64,000 nt of DNA from an uncultured bacterium (GTDB lineage: Bacteria; Pseudomonadota; Gammaproteobacteria; Burkholderiales; SG8-39). Below, piece by piece: positions 8,185 through 17,914 of the stretch (positions are counted from its first letter, which is position 1; every line of letters starts with the position of its first letter). The stretch covers positions 7,806 to 71,805 of the forward strand of contig CBDDRQ010000222.1 of assembly GCA_965233125.1 (NCBI GenBank), given 5' to 3'. The notes under the pieces were generated by a model. It ran no database searches, was not told the DNA's origin, and was given only the letters and a program-made list of their open reading frames with translations. The position numbers were made by a program, and so were the translations under genes.

Positions 8185-8952
8185 CTAATGGTGCGTCGTC
8201 GTGGCGGGCGTGTCTTCGTCGCCCTTGAACGCGCCCGCCGCGCCCGCGATGGCCGCGCCCATGAAGACCACCGGCCCGGCGACGCCCAGCCCCGCGCCGC
8301 CGGCCGCGGTGCCCGCCACCGCGCCGCCCGCCGCGCCGCCCGGGGCGGCCACGGCCGCGGCCTGCAGGTTGCCGATCGCCGAGGAAGCGACCGGCGGGAA
8401 CGATGAGGCTGCCACCGGGACGGCGAGCGCGCCGGAGCTCGCCACCGTGGCCGTGGCGCCCGCGCCGAAGGCCACCGTGCCCATGCCGTTGCTCGCGAGC
8501 ACGGTGCCCACGTTCACGGTGAGGAAGGCGGGGTTGACGAGCACGACGGTGAAGTCCGCCGGGCCCTGCACCCCGAACTGCGCCTGGGGCGTGCGAAAGA
8601 AGAACTGCTTCGGATTGGCGGCGGCGACGCGGCCGGTCGACACCCGCGCGGCGCCCTGGAGGAGATCGAGCACGGCGCGGTCGTTCGGCCCCCGGGTGTA
8701 GCGGAAGTCGACCATGCGCAGGCGGCTGTTCTCGTTCACCGCGATGTGCATCCCGTCGTCGAAGCGCAGCAGCAGCTGCGCCCCCGGCCCGGTGACGAGG
8801 TTCGCCTCGGTGAGCAGGACCTGCCCCTTGAACACCGGCGCGCCGTTAGCGTGCACCTCCCCGCTCGTCGACTCAACCACCACGCTCGCGAGAGCCGCGC
8901 ACGGCATGGCAAGGGCTGCGATCCCGACGGCAAGCAAGCGAAGCATCTTCAT
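8185..8952 (-). CDS. FecR-domain secreted protein with Ala/Gly-rich tail
   Basis: Start MKMLRLLAVG with RBS ggaggga. GxxLLRFDDGMHIAVNENSRL...FFFRTPQAQFGVQG matches the FecR fold pattern. Paralogue of the N-terminus of 58475-59692. Confidence 0.65.
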   Translation of the reverse strand: MKMLRLLAVGIAALAMPCAALASVVVESTSGEVHANGAPVFKGQVLLTEANLVTGPGAQLLLRFDDGMHIAVNENSRLRMVDFRYTRGPNDRAVLDLLQGAARVSTGRVAAANPKQFFFRTPQAQFGVQGPADFTVVLVNPAFLTVNVGTVLASNGMGTVAFGAGATATVASSGALAVPVAASSFPPVASSAIGNLQAAAVAAPGGAAGGAVAGTAAGGAGLGVAGPVVFMGAAIAGAAGAFKGDEDTPATTTHH

Positions 8953-9033
8953 CCTCCCTCCGGTCGCCTCATCGAGGCGTTGGCCGATTTTCATGCATGG
9001 CGCGCGCGGGCGGCAAGGGATTTGTCCCCCCGC

Positions 9034-10185
9034 TCAGACCTCGGCGGGGTCGCCGTCCATTTCCGCAACACCCTTGCGCTTCGCCCTGGCGCGGATCACC
9101 AGCCACGCCGGCACGCCGAACCTGACCAGCCGGCGGTACACCAGGATGTAAATTATTCCGAAAGCGCCCGCCGCGACCTGCAGCTCGCGCGAAGCGCCCC
9201 AGAACATCACCGCCATCGCGAAGCACACCGCCGGCACCGCCCACAGGAGCAGCGAGGCGATCGAGTTGCGCGTCACGTAGTCCGCCGCCGATCCTGCATG
9301 CCCGTGCCAGCGCACCAGGCGGTGGTAGACGAGCGAGTGCAGGTGCAGCGCGTCGGCCCGCCCGGTCGAGTGCCCGCGCATCCTGCGCCGGTACATCGAG
9401 AAGAGCGTCTCCCAGACGGGGTAGGCGAGCAGCACGAGCGGGAACCAGGGCGAGACCTCCGAATTGCGGTGCACGAGCAGCACCGAGAGCTCCGCGAGCA
9501 GCAGGCCCACGAGGTAAGCCCCGCCGTCGCCCAGGAAAATCCGCCCGCGCGGAAAATTCACCACCAGGAACCCCAGCACGCTCGCCGCCAGCACGCAGGC
9601 GGCCGAGAAGATCACCATGTCGTCGGTCAGCGCCGCGACGATCGCGATGCCGATGGCGCCCAGCAGCGAGACGAATCCCGACAACCCGTTGAGGCCGTCG
9701 ATCACGTTGATCGAGTGCGCGACGCCCGTCACGGCGAACACCGTGAAGGCGAACGAGAAGAAGTGGAACTGGAGCAGGCTGTCGAGCCCCGGCACGTCGA
9801 GCTGCGTGATGCGCGCGTCGAGCAGCACGTAGCCCAGCGCCGCCGCGAGCGCCGTCACCGCCAGGCGCGCGAGCACCGCGCCGCGCTTGGACACGTCCTC
9901 GATCAGCCCCCACGCGAACCCCGGCGAGACGCAGAGCAGCAGCACCCCCAGCGTGCCGATCTCCCGCTCGATCGCGTATTCGAACCCCGCGCCCGCCACG
10001 ATCCCCGCCGCGAGCGCGATGCCGCCGATGCGCGAGGTCGGCAGCACGTGCACCTTGCGCGGCTCGCCCATCGTGTCGTCGATCGCCAGCCCGTTGCTCG
10101 CCGCCGTGCGCGCGAGCAAGCGCGCGCCGATCCACGCCACGAGAGCGGCAACGAGCGCTGCGACGACGATCGTGAAGCTGATCAA
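9034..10185 (-). CDS. Polyprenyl-phosphate N-acetylhexosamine-1-phosphate transferase (glycosyl transferase family 4, WecA/WbpL family)
   Basis: ~10 TM helices. VHSINVIDGLNGLSG and NFPRGRIFLGDGGAYLVG motifs of the MraY/WecA superfamily. TTG start. Confidence 0.8.
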   Translation of the reverse strand: MISFTIVVAALVAALVAWIGARLLARTAASNGLAIDDTMGEPRKVHVLPTSRIGGIALAAGIVAGAGFEYAIEREIGTLGVLLLCVSPGFAWGLIEDVSKRGAVLARLAVTALAAALGYVLLDARITQLDVPGLDSLLQFHFFSFAFTVFAVTGVAHSINVIDGLNGLSGFVSLLGAIGIAIVAALTDDMVIFSAACVLAASVLGFLVVNFPRGRIFLGDGGAYLVGLLLAELSVLLVHRNSEVSPWFPLVLLAYPVWETLFSMYRRRMRGHSTGRADALHLHSLVYHRLVRWHGHAGSAADYVTRNSIASLLLWAVPAVCFAMAVMFWGASRELQVAAGAFGIIYILVYRRLVRFGVPAWLVIRARAKRKGVAEMDGDPAEV

Positions 10186-10477
10186 GCCACCTTCCCCCGG
10201 ATCGGCTCGTTCGTGTTCTTGGCCGAGTCTTGTTTTCTCGGACTACGAGGCGAATCTTAGCCCCGTCCCGAGGCTGGCCGCGTGACTTTTCAGGCGTTTC
10301 CGACGCAAGGGCGCTGCCTGTGGATGAGCGGGCGTGCGACCGGGCAAGAACTTGTAATCCCTGCACTGCGGGGGTCACTGCAGACGCCAGATCCCGAGAC
10401 CGGCCGTCTGGGTCAGGTTCCTTGAAATCTCGAAGCGCGATATCGAGATCTCAAGCTACGCTGCGCCGCGCCCCCGT

Positions 10478-10935
10478 CGCTGGCGCGCGCGCTGGCGCGC
10501 CGGCAGGCGGGGCCGGTCACGCGCTTCGACCTCGAGGATCCGGAGGACCTGGGCCAGCTCGCCGACCCCAAGCTCGCGCTGGGCGGGCTGCGCGGCCTCG
10601 TGGTCCTCGACGAGATCCAGCGCCGGACGGACTGTTCCCGGTGCTGCGCGTGCTGGCGGACCGGCGGCCGCTGCCCGCCCGGTTCCTCGTCCTGGGCAGC
10701 GCCGCGCCCGAGCTGCTGCGCCAGAGCTCCGAGTCGCTCGCCGGGCGCATCCATTACCACGAGCTCACCGGGTTCGGGCTCGACGAGGCGGGCGCCGCGA
10801 AAGCCGAGCGCCTGTGGCTGCGGGGCGGGTTCGCGCGCTCCTTCGGCATGAGCGACGCGAGCGTGCGGCGCTACCTCGAGCTGCTCTGCTCGCTCTACCT
10901 CGCGCGGCAGCTCGCGCCCTGGCACCAGAACGAAC
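10478..10935 (+). pseudogene. Remnant of a DUF4143 AAA ATPase gene (no P-loop region, frameshift plus internal deletion)
   Basis: Pieces in two frames: ...[10 protein letters not shown] / [47 protein letters not shown]...VRRYLELL...LAPW. These parallel the intact copies at 11607 and 12998. Confidence 0.7.
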
Positions 10936-11268
10936 GCGATGTTGAGATCGCGCTGCGTGTTCTCGATGACTTTTGCCGCTTCGGCCACTTGGATGCAGGA
11001 TGCGCGATGTATCCCGGCGGGAATTACCGCACCGTAGAGCGATGCGACCTTTTCCAACGTTTCCGGCGTATCCCCGGCGACGACCGTCACGATGCGCTCG
11101 AGCGTGTGTTCCTTGTCGCCCGGATTGATGCGCTCCGGCGAATAGCCGATCGCGAAGTCCTTCTTCCAGGTGAAGCCCGACGCACGCTCCAGAATCGGAA
11201 CGCAGACTTCTTCGGTCGCCCCCGGATAAACCGTGGACTCGAACCCGACCGCTTGAAGGCCGGGATCA
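10928..11268 (-). pseudogene. Internal fragment of a nucleotide-sugar dehydrogenase (TviB/WbpO-type)
   Basis: Translates [21 protein letters not shown]...[28 protein letters not shown]...[19 protein letters not shown] with no N- or C-terminal domains. Confidence 0.75.
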
Positions 11269-11269
11269 G

Positions 11270-11592
11270 CACCGAAGCCGCGTAGTTGCCCGACCCCACG
11301 AACGCGAGCACGGCCTTGCCCGCTCCGATAGCGGGCGCGGCAAGCTTGACCGTCGCCCTGCGCAGCACTTCATCCGGCTTCTCCTCGGCCGTCGGGTACT
11401 GCAGCAGAATGCCAAGCGAAGGCGCGGTCCCGGTAATCAGATCGTGGCGAATTCCACCAGCGTGCGCTCCGTGCCCGCCGAGACCAGCGTGCGCGCGGAA
11501 CGGATCAGCACCTGCCCCCGCCTGACGGCGGGACAGGGGACCTCGGCCACTTCCGTGGCGCCGGTTTTGAGGCTCTGCAAAATTTGTTTCAA
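11270..11592 (-). pseudogene. High-GC remnant of a bi-domain (ADH-like + Gfo/Idh/MocA) oxidoreductase with a large internal deletion
   Basis: LKQILQSLKTGATEVAEVPCPAVRRGQVLIRSARTLVSAGTER and, in another frame, ITGTAPSLGILLQYP...[21 protein letters not shown]. These align with residues 1-50 and ~360-420 of the intact low-GC gene at 20304-22430. Confidence 0.75.
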
Positions 11593-11606
11593 GACCAATC
11601 CCGCGA

Positions 11607-12740
11607 TCAGGCAGCCAGCTCGGCAAGCCAGTCCGCAGCGCGGACGATGGAAACGCCGCCGCGCTTCTCCTCCTGCCTTAGCTCGCGCACGAGCTGCACC
11701 GCCCGGGCTTTCGGAAACCGCGCCGCCAGAGCGGCCATGAACCGCGAGATCGCGGTGTCCGCGTGCCTGCACTCGGCCAGGAGAACCGGGGCGTTGTTCC
11801 GGCAAAGAACCAGATCGACCTCGGCGCCTTCCTTGTCGCGAATGTAATGCAGCGTCGCGGCACGGCCTTCGACATCCTGCAAGTAATGGGCGTGCTTCAG
11901 AAGCATCGCCGCGCAGGCGTTCTCGAAGCGCGCGCCCTCGTCTCCGACCACCAACCCGGTGTCGAAGAAGTAGACCTTGGGCTCCTTGAGGATCGCGCGG
12001 GCGATATTGCGGTGGTACGGGCGCACGGTGAAGACGACGTAGAGCGCCTCCAGGATATCGAGGTATTTCGCGAGGGTGGTGGGCGACACCTGCAGGTCGC
12101 GCGCGATCGAAGCGAGCGACACGGGCGAGCCCACCCGCTCGCGCAGCATCTCGACAAAGAGGCGCATGGCGCGGATCTCGTGGATGCGGGAGAACTCGAC
12201 CACGTCCTCCCGGATCAGGTCCTCCAGGTACTGCCGGCGCCAGCGATCCGCTTCACGACTCTCCTGCGCCAGGAAGGGCTCGGGGAAACCGCCGCGCTCC
12301 AGCAGCCTGTCGAGCGCATCCTCGGGCGTCGCCCCGGATGCAACGCACCACTCCCGCACCGAGACCGGGTGCATGCGCAGCGTGAAGTAACGGCCGGCGA
12401 GCGACTCCCCGCTCTGGCGGAAGGTGTCCATGCGCGCGCTGCCGGTAACAAGGAGGGCCTGGCCCTTCCCCCTGCCGTCCCAGGCGCCCTTGAGGTAGGT
12501 CTTCCAGTCCCGCATCTTGTGAATTTCGTCCAGGACCACCAGCTTCGCGCGCGGGCTCCAAGTCTGGCCGAGGATGATACGGCTGTCGCCCGCCACGTCC
12601 CAGTTGAAATACTGGGCCCGCGGATAGTCCGCCATCAAGGTCTTGGCCAGCGTGGTCTTGCCGACCTGGCGCGGGCCGACGAGGAAAACCAGCTTTTTGG
12701 CGAGATCGGTTCTCACCGGCGCGCTCAGATACCGGTCCAT
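11607..12740 (-). CDS. AAA ATPase, DUF4143 family (P-loop plus C-terminal PD-(D/E)xK-like module)
   Basis: LVGPRQVGKTTL Walker A, LVVLDEIH Walker B, QSGESLAGRY, and C-terminal EVDLVL...LLAECR. Confidence 0.8.
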   Translation of the reverse strand: MDRYLSAPVRTDLAKKLVFLVGPRQVGKTTLAKTLMADYPRAQYFNWDVAGDSRIILGQTWSPRAKLVVLDEIHKMRDWKTYLKGAWDGRGKGQALLVTGSARMDTFRQSGESLAGRYFTLRMHPVSVREWCVASGATPEDALDRLLERGGFPEPFLAQESREADRWRRQYLEDLIREDVVEFSRIHEIRAMRLFVEMLRERVGSPVSLASIARDLQVSPTTLAKYLDILEALYVVFTVRPYHRNIARAILKEPKVYFFDTGLVVGDEGARFENACAAMLLKHAHYLQDVEGRAATLHYIRDKEGAEVDLVLCRNNAPVLLAECRHADTAISRFMAALAARFPKARAVQLVRELRQEEKRGGVSIVRAADWLAELAA

Positions 12741-12997
12741 CTGTCCATTATTTTGCGATATGGAAAAAAGTCAAGACTTTTCCCCACTACTGACAGTCAT
12801 GGGCAATGGACGCCTGGCTCACCCGCGCCGCGCGGCGCCCGGCGCACGCGCGGCCTCATCCGCTCGCCCCGCGCGTGCGCGCGGTGGCGCTCGCTCGCGT
12901 CCTGGAGGACATCGCGCCGCTGTGATCCGTCGCGGCGCCTTTGCCGCTTCCCCGACGCAGGCTGGGCGGGCCCGGCCGGCGAATTCGCGCCGGCGCC

Positions 12998-14170
12998 TCA
13001 TCCCGCCGCGAGCCGCTCGAGCGCGTCGGCAACGCCCAGGACCCAGGTGCCGTCGGCCAGCTTGTAGGCCGTCTTCGTCCGGCAGACGATGATCTTTTCC
13101 TTCACCCGCTTGCCCTCGGCGGATTCGAGCGCCCGCAGGCCGGCCGCGTCGGCCGGATCGGGCCGTTCCTTCCATTTGCACTCGATCGCGACGAGCGTTC
13201 CTGCGGCGCGTTCGATCACCAGATCCACTTCGGGGCCGCTGGCAGTGCGCCAATAGAGAATCGGCGTCGCGTCGCCGCGGTTCGCGGCCTGGCGCGAGAT
13301 CTGGCCGGCGACGTGCGACTCCCAGAACGCGCTCGCCAGAGCCGAAGCGGCGAGCTCCCTCCCGGAACGGAACCCCGCGAGAAACGCCGCCAGTCCCGTA
13401 TCCAGAACGACGAGCTTCGGCGCCTTGATCAGGCGCTTCGTGCGGTTGCCGAAGCAGGGCTCGATCAGCGCCACGACTGCCGAAGCCTGCAGCAGGCCCA
13501 GCCACTTGCGCGCGGTGTTGGGCGCGATGCCGGTGTCCCGGGCCAGGTCGGAGTAATTGAGCACCTGCGCGGTGCGCAGCGCGCACGCGCGCAGGAAACG
13601 ATTGAACTGCGGCAGGTCGGCGACGCGCAGCACGTTGCGCACGTCGCGCTCGAGGTAGGTCGCCACGTACGCCGGAAACCACAGCTCCGGATCGGCCCCG
13701 ACGTGCAATTCCGGGTAGCCGCCCAGGTACACGTAGCGCTGCTCGTCGATCCCGCGGCCGGCGTCGAGCAGCTCGGCGCGCGAAAGCGTGTGCAGGTTCA
13801 GCACGCCGCAGCGGCCCGCCAGGCTCTCCGAGACGCCTTGCATGAGAGAGAACACCTGCGAGCCCGTCAGTAAATAGCGGCCCGGCGCGCGATTCCCGTC
13901 GATGCGCGCCTTGATATGCCGCAACAAGGACGGCGCGTACTGGACCTCGTCGATGATGACCGGCTCGGGATAGTCCGAGAGCAGCGCCTCGGGCGCGCTG
14001 CTCGCCGCGTCGGCGTGGGCAGGCAGGTCGAGGCTCAAGTAGGACGCGCGCGGGAAAAGATGGCGCAGCAGCGAAGTCTTGCCCGTCTGCCGGGCGCCGG
14101 TCACCAGCACGGCCGGGAATTGCCGGGCCATGCGCCGCACCAGGGATTCCGCCTGCCTTTCAATCCACAT
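12998..14170 (-). CDS. AAA ATPase, DUF4143 family
   Basis: Start at internal ATG 14170 (MWIERQAESL). VTGARQTGKTSL, VIIDEVQ, VSESLAGRCG, EVDLVIE...VAIECK. The longer ORF-track start (14701) runs antisense into wbpA. Confidence 0.8.
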   Translation of the reverse strand: MWIERQAESLVRRMARQFPAVLVTGARQTGKTSLLRHLFPRASYLSLDLPAHADAASSAPEALLSDYPEPVIIDEVQYAPSLLRHIKARIDGNRAPGRYLLTGSQVFSLMQGVSESLAGRCGVLNLHTLSRAELLDAGRGIDEQRYVYLGGYPELHVGADPELWFPAYVATYLERDVRNVLRVADLPQFNRFLRACALRTAQVLNYSDLARDTGIAPNTARKWLGLLQASAVVALIEPCFGNRTKRLIKAPKLVVLDTGLAAFLAGFRSGRELAASALASAFWESHVAGQISRQAANRGDATPILYWRTASGPEVDLVIERAAGTLVAIECKWKERPDPADAAGLRALESAEGKRVKEKIIVCRTKTAYKLADGTWVLGVADALERLAAG

Positions 14171-14235
14171 GCTGTAAATATGCACTGCGCGTGCATATCG
14201 CGCAACCCGCGGCGACAGGAAACCTTGAAGACCGC

Positions 14236-15573
14236 CTAAGCCTTGACCACGTTGGCGCGCCGGTCGAGATAACGCCCGCGGGTATCGACGACCAGCGGCG
14301 CGTGCTTCACGATCGCCTCGTAGTCGAAGCGGTCGTGATCGGTGACCACGACCACGCAATCCTGGCTGGAAAGCACCTGGGGTGTAAGTTCTACACTCGA
14401 CAGGTCGAACTTGTGCTCCCGCATCTTGGGGAAATGCGGCACGTGGGGGTCCGAGTAGCTGAGCACCGCGCCGCGGTTCCTGAGCAGCTCCATGATCGCG
14501 GCCGCCGGCGACTCCCTCACGTCGTCGACGTTCCTCTTGTAGGCGAGACCCAGCACCAGGATGCGGCTCCCCTTGACCGCCTTCTCTCGGTCGTTGAGCG
14601 CCATCGCGATCTTGTTCACCACCCATTCGGGCATCGCGTGGTTGATCTCGCCGGCGAGCTCGATGAAGCGCGTATTGATGCCGTGCTCGCGCGCCTTCCA
14701 TGTCAGATAGAAGGGATCGATCGGGATGCAGTGCCCGCCGAGGCCGGGGCCCGGGTAGTAGGCCACGAAGCCGAAGGGCTTCGTCGCCGCCGCGCGGATC
14801 ACCTCATGGATGTCGATGCCCATGCGGTCCGAGATCACCTTCATCTCGTTGACCAGGCCGATGTTCACCGCGCGGTGGATATTCTCGAGCAGCTTCGCCA
14901 TCTCCGCGACGCGCGTGGAGCTCACCGGCACCACCCTGTCGACCGCGCCGCTGTAGAGCGCGATGCCCACCTCGAGGCACGCCGGCGTCGAGCCGCCGCA
15001 GATCTTCGGGATGGTGCGCGTCGAATACCTCTCGTTGCCCGGGTCCTCGCGCTCCGGCGAGAACACCAGGAAGAAATCCTTACCGATCTCCAACCCCTTC
15101 GCCTCGATCCTCGGCCGCAGCACCTCCTCGGTCGTGCCCGGATACGTCGTGCTCTCCAGCGACAGGAGCTGGCCTTGCCGCAAGTGCGGCAGCAGCGAGC
15201 CCATCGTCGCGTGAATGAACTGCAGGTCCGGCTCGCGCGAGGGCGTCAGGGGCGTCGGCACGCAGATGACCAACGCGTCCGCGTTCGCCGCCTGAGAGTA
15301 GTCGGCCGTTGCCTTGAGGCCCTTGGCGAGCGCCTTGGCCACCTTGTCCGCGCCGAGAGTGGCGATGTACGTCTTTCCCGCCCGGATCGCTGCCACCTTC
15401 TCCGGGTCGACATCGAAGCCGATGGTCCGAAAGCCGGCCTCGGCGAGGCGGCAAACGAGCGGCAGCCCGACGTACCCCAGCCCGATGACGCCGACGCAGG
15501 CATCGCGGGACTTGAAGCGCGCAATCAGCGATGCCGCGTGCGCGCTCTGGAGCTGGGAGGACCGATCGTTCAT
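14236..15573 (-). CDS. wbpA: UDP-N-acetyl-D-glucosamine 6-dehydrogenase
   Basis: Near-colinear with my recollection of P. aeruginosa WbpA ([10 protein letters not shown]..., [62 protein letters not shown]). Confidence 0.85.
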   Translation of the reverse strand: MNDRSSQLQSAHAASLIARFKSRDACVGVIGLGYVGLPLVCRLAEAGFRTIGFDVDPEKVAAIRAGKTYIATLGADKVAKALAKGLKATADYSQAANADALVICVPTPLTPSREPDLQFIHATMGSLLPHLRQGQLLSLESTTYPGTTEEVLRPRIEAKGLEIGKDFFLVFSPEREDPGNERYSTRTIPKICGGSTPACLEVGIALYSGAVDRVVPVSSTRVAEMAKLLENIHRAVNIGLVNEMKVISDRMGIDIHEVIRAAATKPFGFVAYYPGPGLGGHCIPIDPFYLTWKAREHGINTRFIELAGEINHAMPEWVVNKIAMALNDREKAVKGSRILVLGLAYKRNVDDVRESPAAAIMELLRNRGAVLSYSDPHVPHFPKMREHKFDLSSVELTPQVLSSQDCVVVVTDHDRFDYEAIVKHAPLVVDTRGRYLDRRANVVKA

Positions 15574-15582
15574 GGCGCCATT

Positions 15583-16677
15583 CTAACGGGCGTGCGCCCG
15601 TAGCGACGCCGCGATGCGCCCCGCAGCCTTGCCATCCCACAGCTCCGGGATCCTTGCTTTCTTCCAGTCGCCCGCAATGGCCTTCGCCACGAGCTGCTCC
15701 AGCTGCTCCAGGGTCGCGAGCTCGTTCGTTCCCTGGGTCACGGTGATTGGCCGCTCCGTGTTCTCGCGCAGGGTGATGCAGGGAATCCCGAGGTACGTCG
15801 TCTCCTCCTGGATGCCCCCCGAGTCGGTCAATGCATAGCGGCAGTCGAACACCAGGCTCATGAAGTCCGTGTATCCGAGCGGCTCCGTCAAACGAATGCC
15901 TTCCGCCTTCGCCAGCGAATCCCGCAATCCGAAACTCTCGAGGCGCTGCGTGGTCCTCGGATGCACCGGAAAGATCAGCGGCACGGACTTCGCCGCGTGG
16001 ATGAGCGCTTCCACCAGCCGCTTGAGCCGCGGCGCGTCGTCTACGTTGCTCGGCCGGTGCAGGGTGACGACGCCATAACCGTGGAGCGGGAGGTCAAAGC
16101 GCCTGGCCTGCCGCCGCGCCTCGATCGCCGCCCGCATCATCTCGAGCGAATCGATCATGATGTTGCCCACGAGCTCGATCTTCTCCCGGGGGACACCTTC
16201 GCGAAGCAGGTTCTCGTCCGCATCGCGCGACGGCGTCCAGAGCAGATCGGCGAGCGCGTCGGTCGCGAGCCGGTTCAGCTCTTCAGGCATCGAGCGGTCA
16301 CGGCTGCGCAGCCCGGCCTCGAGGTGGGCGACGCGGATCCCCAGCTTCGTTGCCGCCAGCGTACAGGCGACCGTCGAGTTCACGTCGCCGACGACCACCA
16401 CCCAGTCCGGCCGGTCCTGCAGGCACACCTTCTCGTAGGCGACCATAACCCCAGCCGTCTGCTCCGCGTGCGAGCCGCCGCCCACGCCGAGATGGATATC
16501 AGGATCCGGAATCTCGAGGTCCACGAAGAAAGCGTCCGACATATTGGCGTCGAAGTGCTGGCCGGTGTGGACGAGCCGCGGGCGGCACCATTCCGGCTGG
16601 CCCGCGAGCGCCTTGTGGAGCGGCGCGACCTTCATGAAGTTCGGCCGCGCCGCGGCGATGAGGTCGACCTTGGTCAT
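15583..16677 (-). CDS. wecB: UDP-N-acetylglucosamine 2-epimerase family (non-hydrolysing; the substrate may be a UDP-HexNAc uronate)
   Basis: RPNFMKVAPL..., HTGQHFD..MSD.FF.DL, VVGDVNST, HLEAGLRS, DSGGIQEETT motifs. Confidence 0.8.
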   Translation of the reverse strand: MTKVDLIAAARPNFMKVAPLHKALAGQPEWCRPRLVHTGQHFDANMSDAFFVDLEIPDPDIHLGVGGGSHAEQTAGVMVAYEKVCLQDRPDWVVVVGDVNSTVACTLAATKLGIRVAHLEAGLRSRDRSMPEELNRLATDALADLLWTPSRDADENLLREGVPREKIELVGNIMIDSLEMMRAAIEARRQARRFDLPLHGYGVVTLHRPSNVDDAPRLKRLVEALIHAAKSVPLIFPVHPRTTQRLESFGLRDSLAKAEGIRLTEPLGYTDFMSLVFDCRYALTDSGGIQEETTYLGIPCITLRENTERPITVTQGTNELATLEQLEQLVAKAIAGDWKKARIPELWDGKAAGRIAASLRAHAR

Positions 16678-16681
16678 GCGG

Positions 16682-17914
16682 CTACACCACCACCGCTTTC
16701 AGCTCGTCGAGCATGAGAGCTGCGAGCTTGTCGCGGTCGAGTTCCGCCTCGACGAACGCGCGGCCTTTGCGCCCTATCTCCGCCGCCCACTGCGGGTTGC
16801 CCGCGAGGCGCGCCAGCGCCCCAGCTAGCGCCGCGGCATCTTCGGGCGGTATGACCACGCCGGCGCCTGCTTGCTCGAGCAGCTCGGCGCTCTCGCCGAG
16901 CACCCCGAGCACGATCGGCCGCGCCGTCGCCATCGCCTCGAACATCTTCGAGGGCAGTACGTGCCGGAACACCGGGCGATCGAGCAGCAGCACCAGGGCC
17001 GCATCGGCGAGGCGCCAGTACTCGACCACCTCGTCCTTCCCGACCGGGCCGACGAAGAGCACGTTGGAAAGGCCTCGCGAGCGCGCCTGCGCCTCGAGCG
17101 ACGCCCTCTCCGCTCCCTCGCCGACCACCATGAACGCGATGCCCGGCTCGTCTCGCAGCAGCCGCTCGGCCGCATCGAGGACCATCCCCAGCCCGTGCGC
17201 CATGCCCACCGTGCCTATATAAGCGGCGACGAACTTCTTCTGCAGCCCATGGCGCTCGAGCAGCGCCTGCGGCTTCGCGCCGGGCGTGAACCCCTTGAGG
17301 TCGGCCCCGTTCCGCACCACGGCGATCTTCTCAGCGGGAACGCCGTTCCCCGAAAGCACCGACTTGAAAGAGTGCGTGACGCTCACGATCCGCGCCGCCT
17401 TGCGATAGAGAAAATACTCGAGCCGTCGCATCGCCCGCGTCGGCGCCGACTCCTTCATCGCGCCTACCGCGACGATCGAGTCCGGCCATAGGTCGCGCAC
17501 CTCGAACACAAACGGCCGGCGCTTTATTACAGAGAGCATGTACGCAGCGCAGGCGGTGAAGAACTGCGGCGAGGTGCAGACGATCACGTCCGGCCGCTTC
17601 AAGAACAGGCCGGCGAAAAACCCTGTGACCATGAAACTGAGGAAGTCGAGTGTCCGCCGTGCGAATCCCTCGTTGGCGGTGATATAAGTCCAGACGCGGA
17701 TGGTGTCGATGCCCTCGATCACCTCCCGCTGAACGAGGCGGTTCCGATAGCCGTGCATCAGCTTTCCCGCAGGGAAATTGGGTGCGGTCGTCACCACCGT
17801 TACCTGCGCTCCCGCTCGCACCCAGCGCCGCGCATGCTCGAATGTACGGGTCGCGGGCGCGTTCGTTTCCGGAGGAAAGTTGTCTGTAAGAAAATGGATT
17901 CGCACGGCACTCAC
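16682..17914 (-). CDS. Glycosyltransferase family 4 (WbuB/WcaI-like)
   Basis: IHFLTDNFPPETNAPATRTFEHARRW... N-terminus typical of WbuB/WcaI. C-terminal E-x7-E-type region (SKMFEAMATARPIV). Confidence 0.75.
   Translation of the reverse strand: MSAVRIHFLTDNFPPETNAPATRTFEHARRWVRAGAQVTVVTTAPNFPAGKLMHGYRNRLVQREVIEGIDTIRVWTYITANEGFARRTLDFLSFMVTGFFAGLFLKRPDVIVCTSPQFFTACAAYMLSVIKRRPFVFEVRDLWPDSIVAVGAMKESAPTRAMRRLEYFLYRKAARIVSVTHSFKSVLSGNGVPAEKIAVVRNGADLKGFTPGAKPQALLERHGLQKKFVAAYIGTVGMAHGLGMVLDAAERLLRDEPGIAFMVVGEGAERASLEAQARSRGLSNVLFVGPVGKDEVVEYWRLADAALVLLLDRPVFRHVLPSKMFEAMATARPIVLGVLGESAELLEQAGAGVVIPPEDAAALAGALARLAGNPQWAAEIGRKGRAFVEAELDRDKLAALMLDELKAVVV

Noticed and set aside
11228-11248. ggactcgaacc, which looks like the reverse complement of a tRNA T-arm (GGTTCGAGTCC).
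   Set aside because: The flanks do not form a T-stem or acceptor stem. The motif simply encodes GFES inside the sugar-dehydrogenase fragment.
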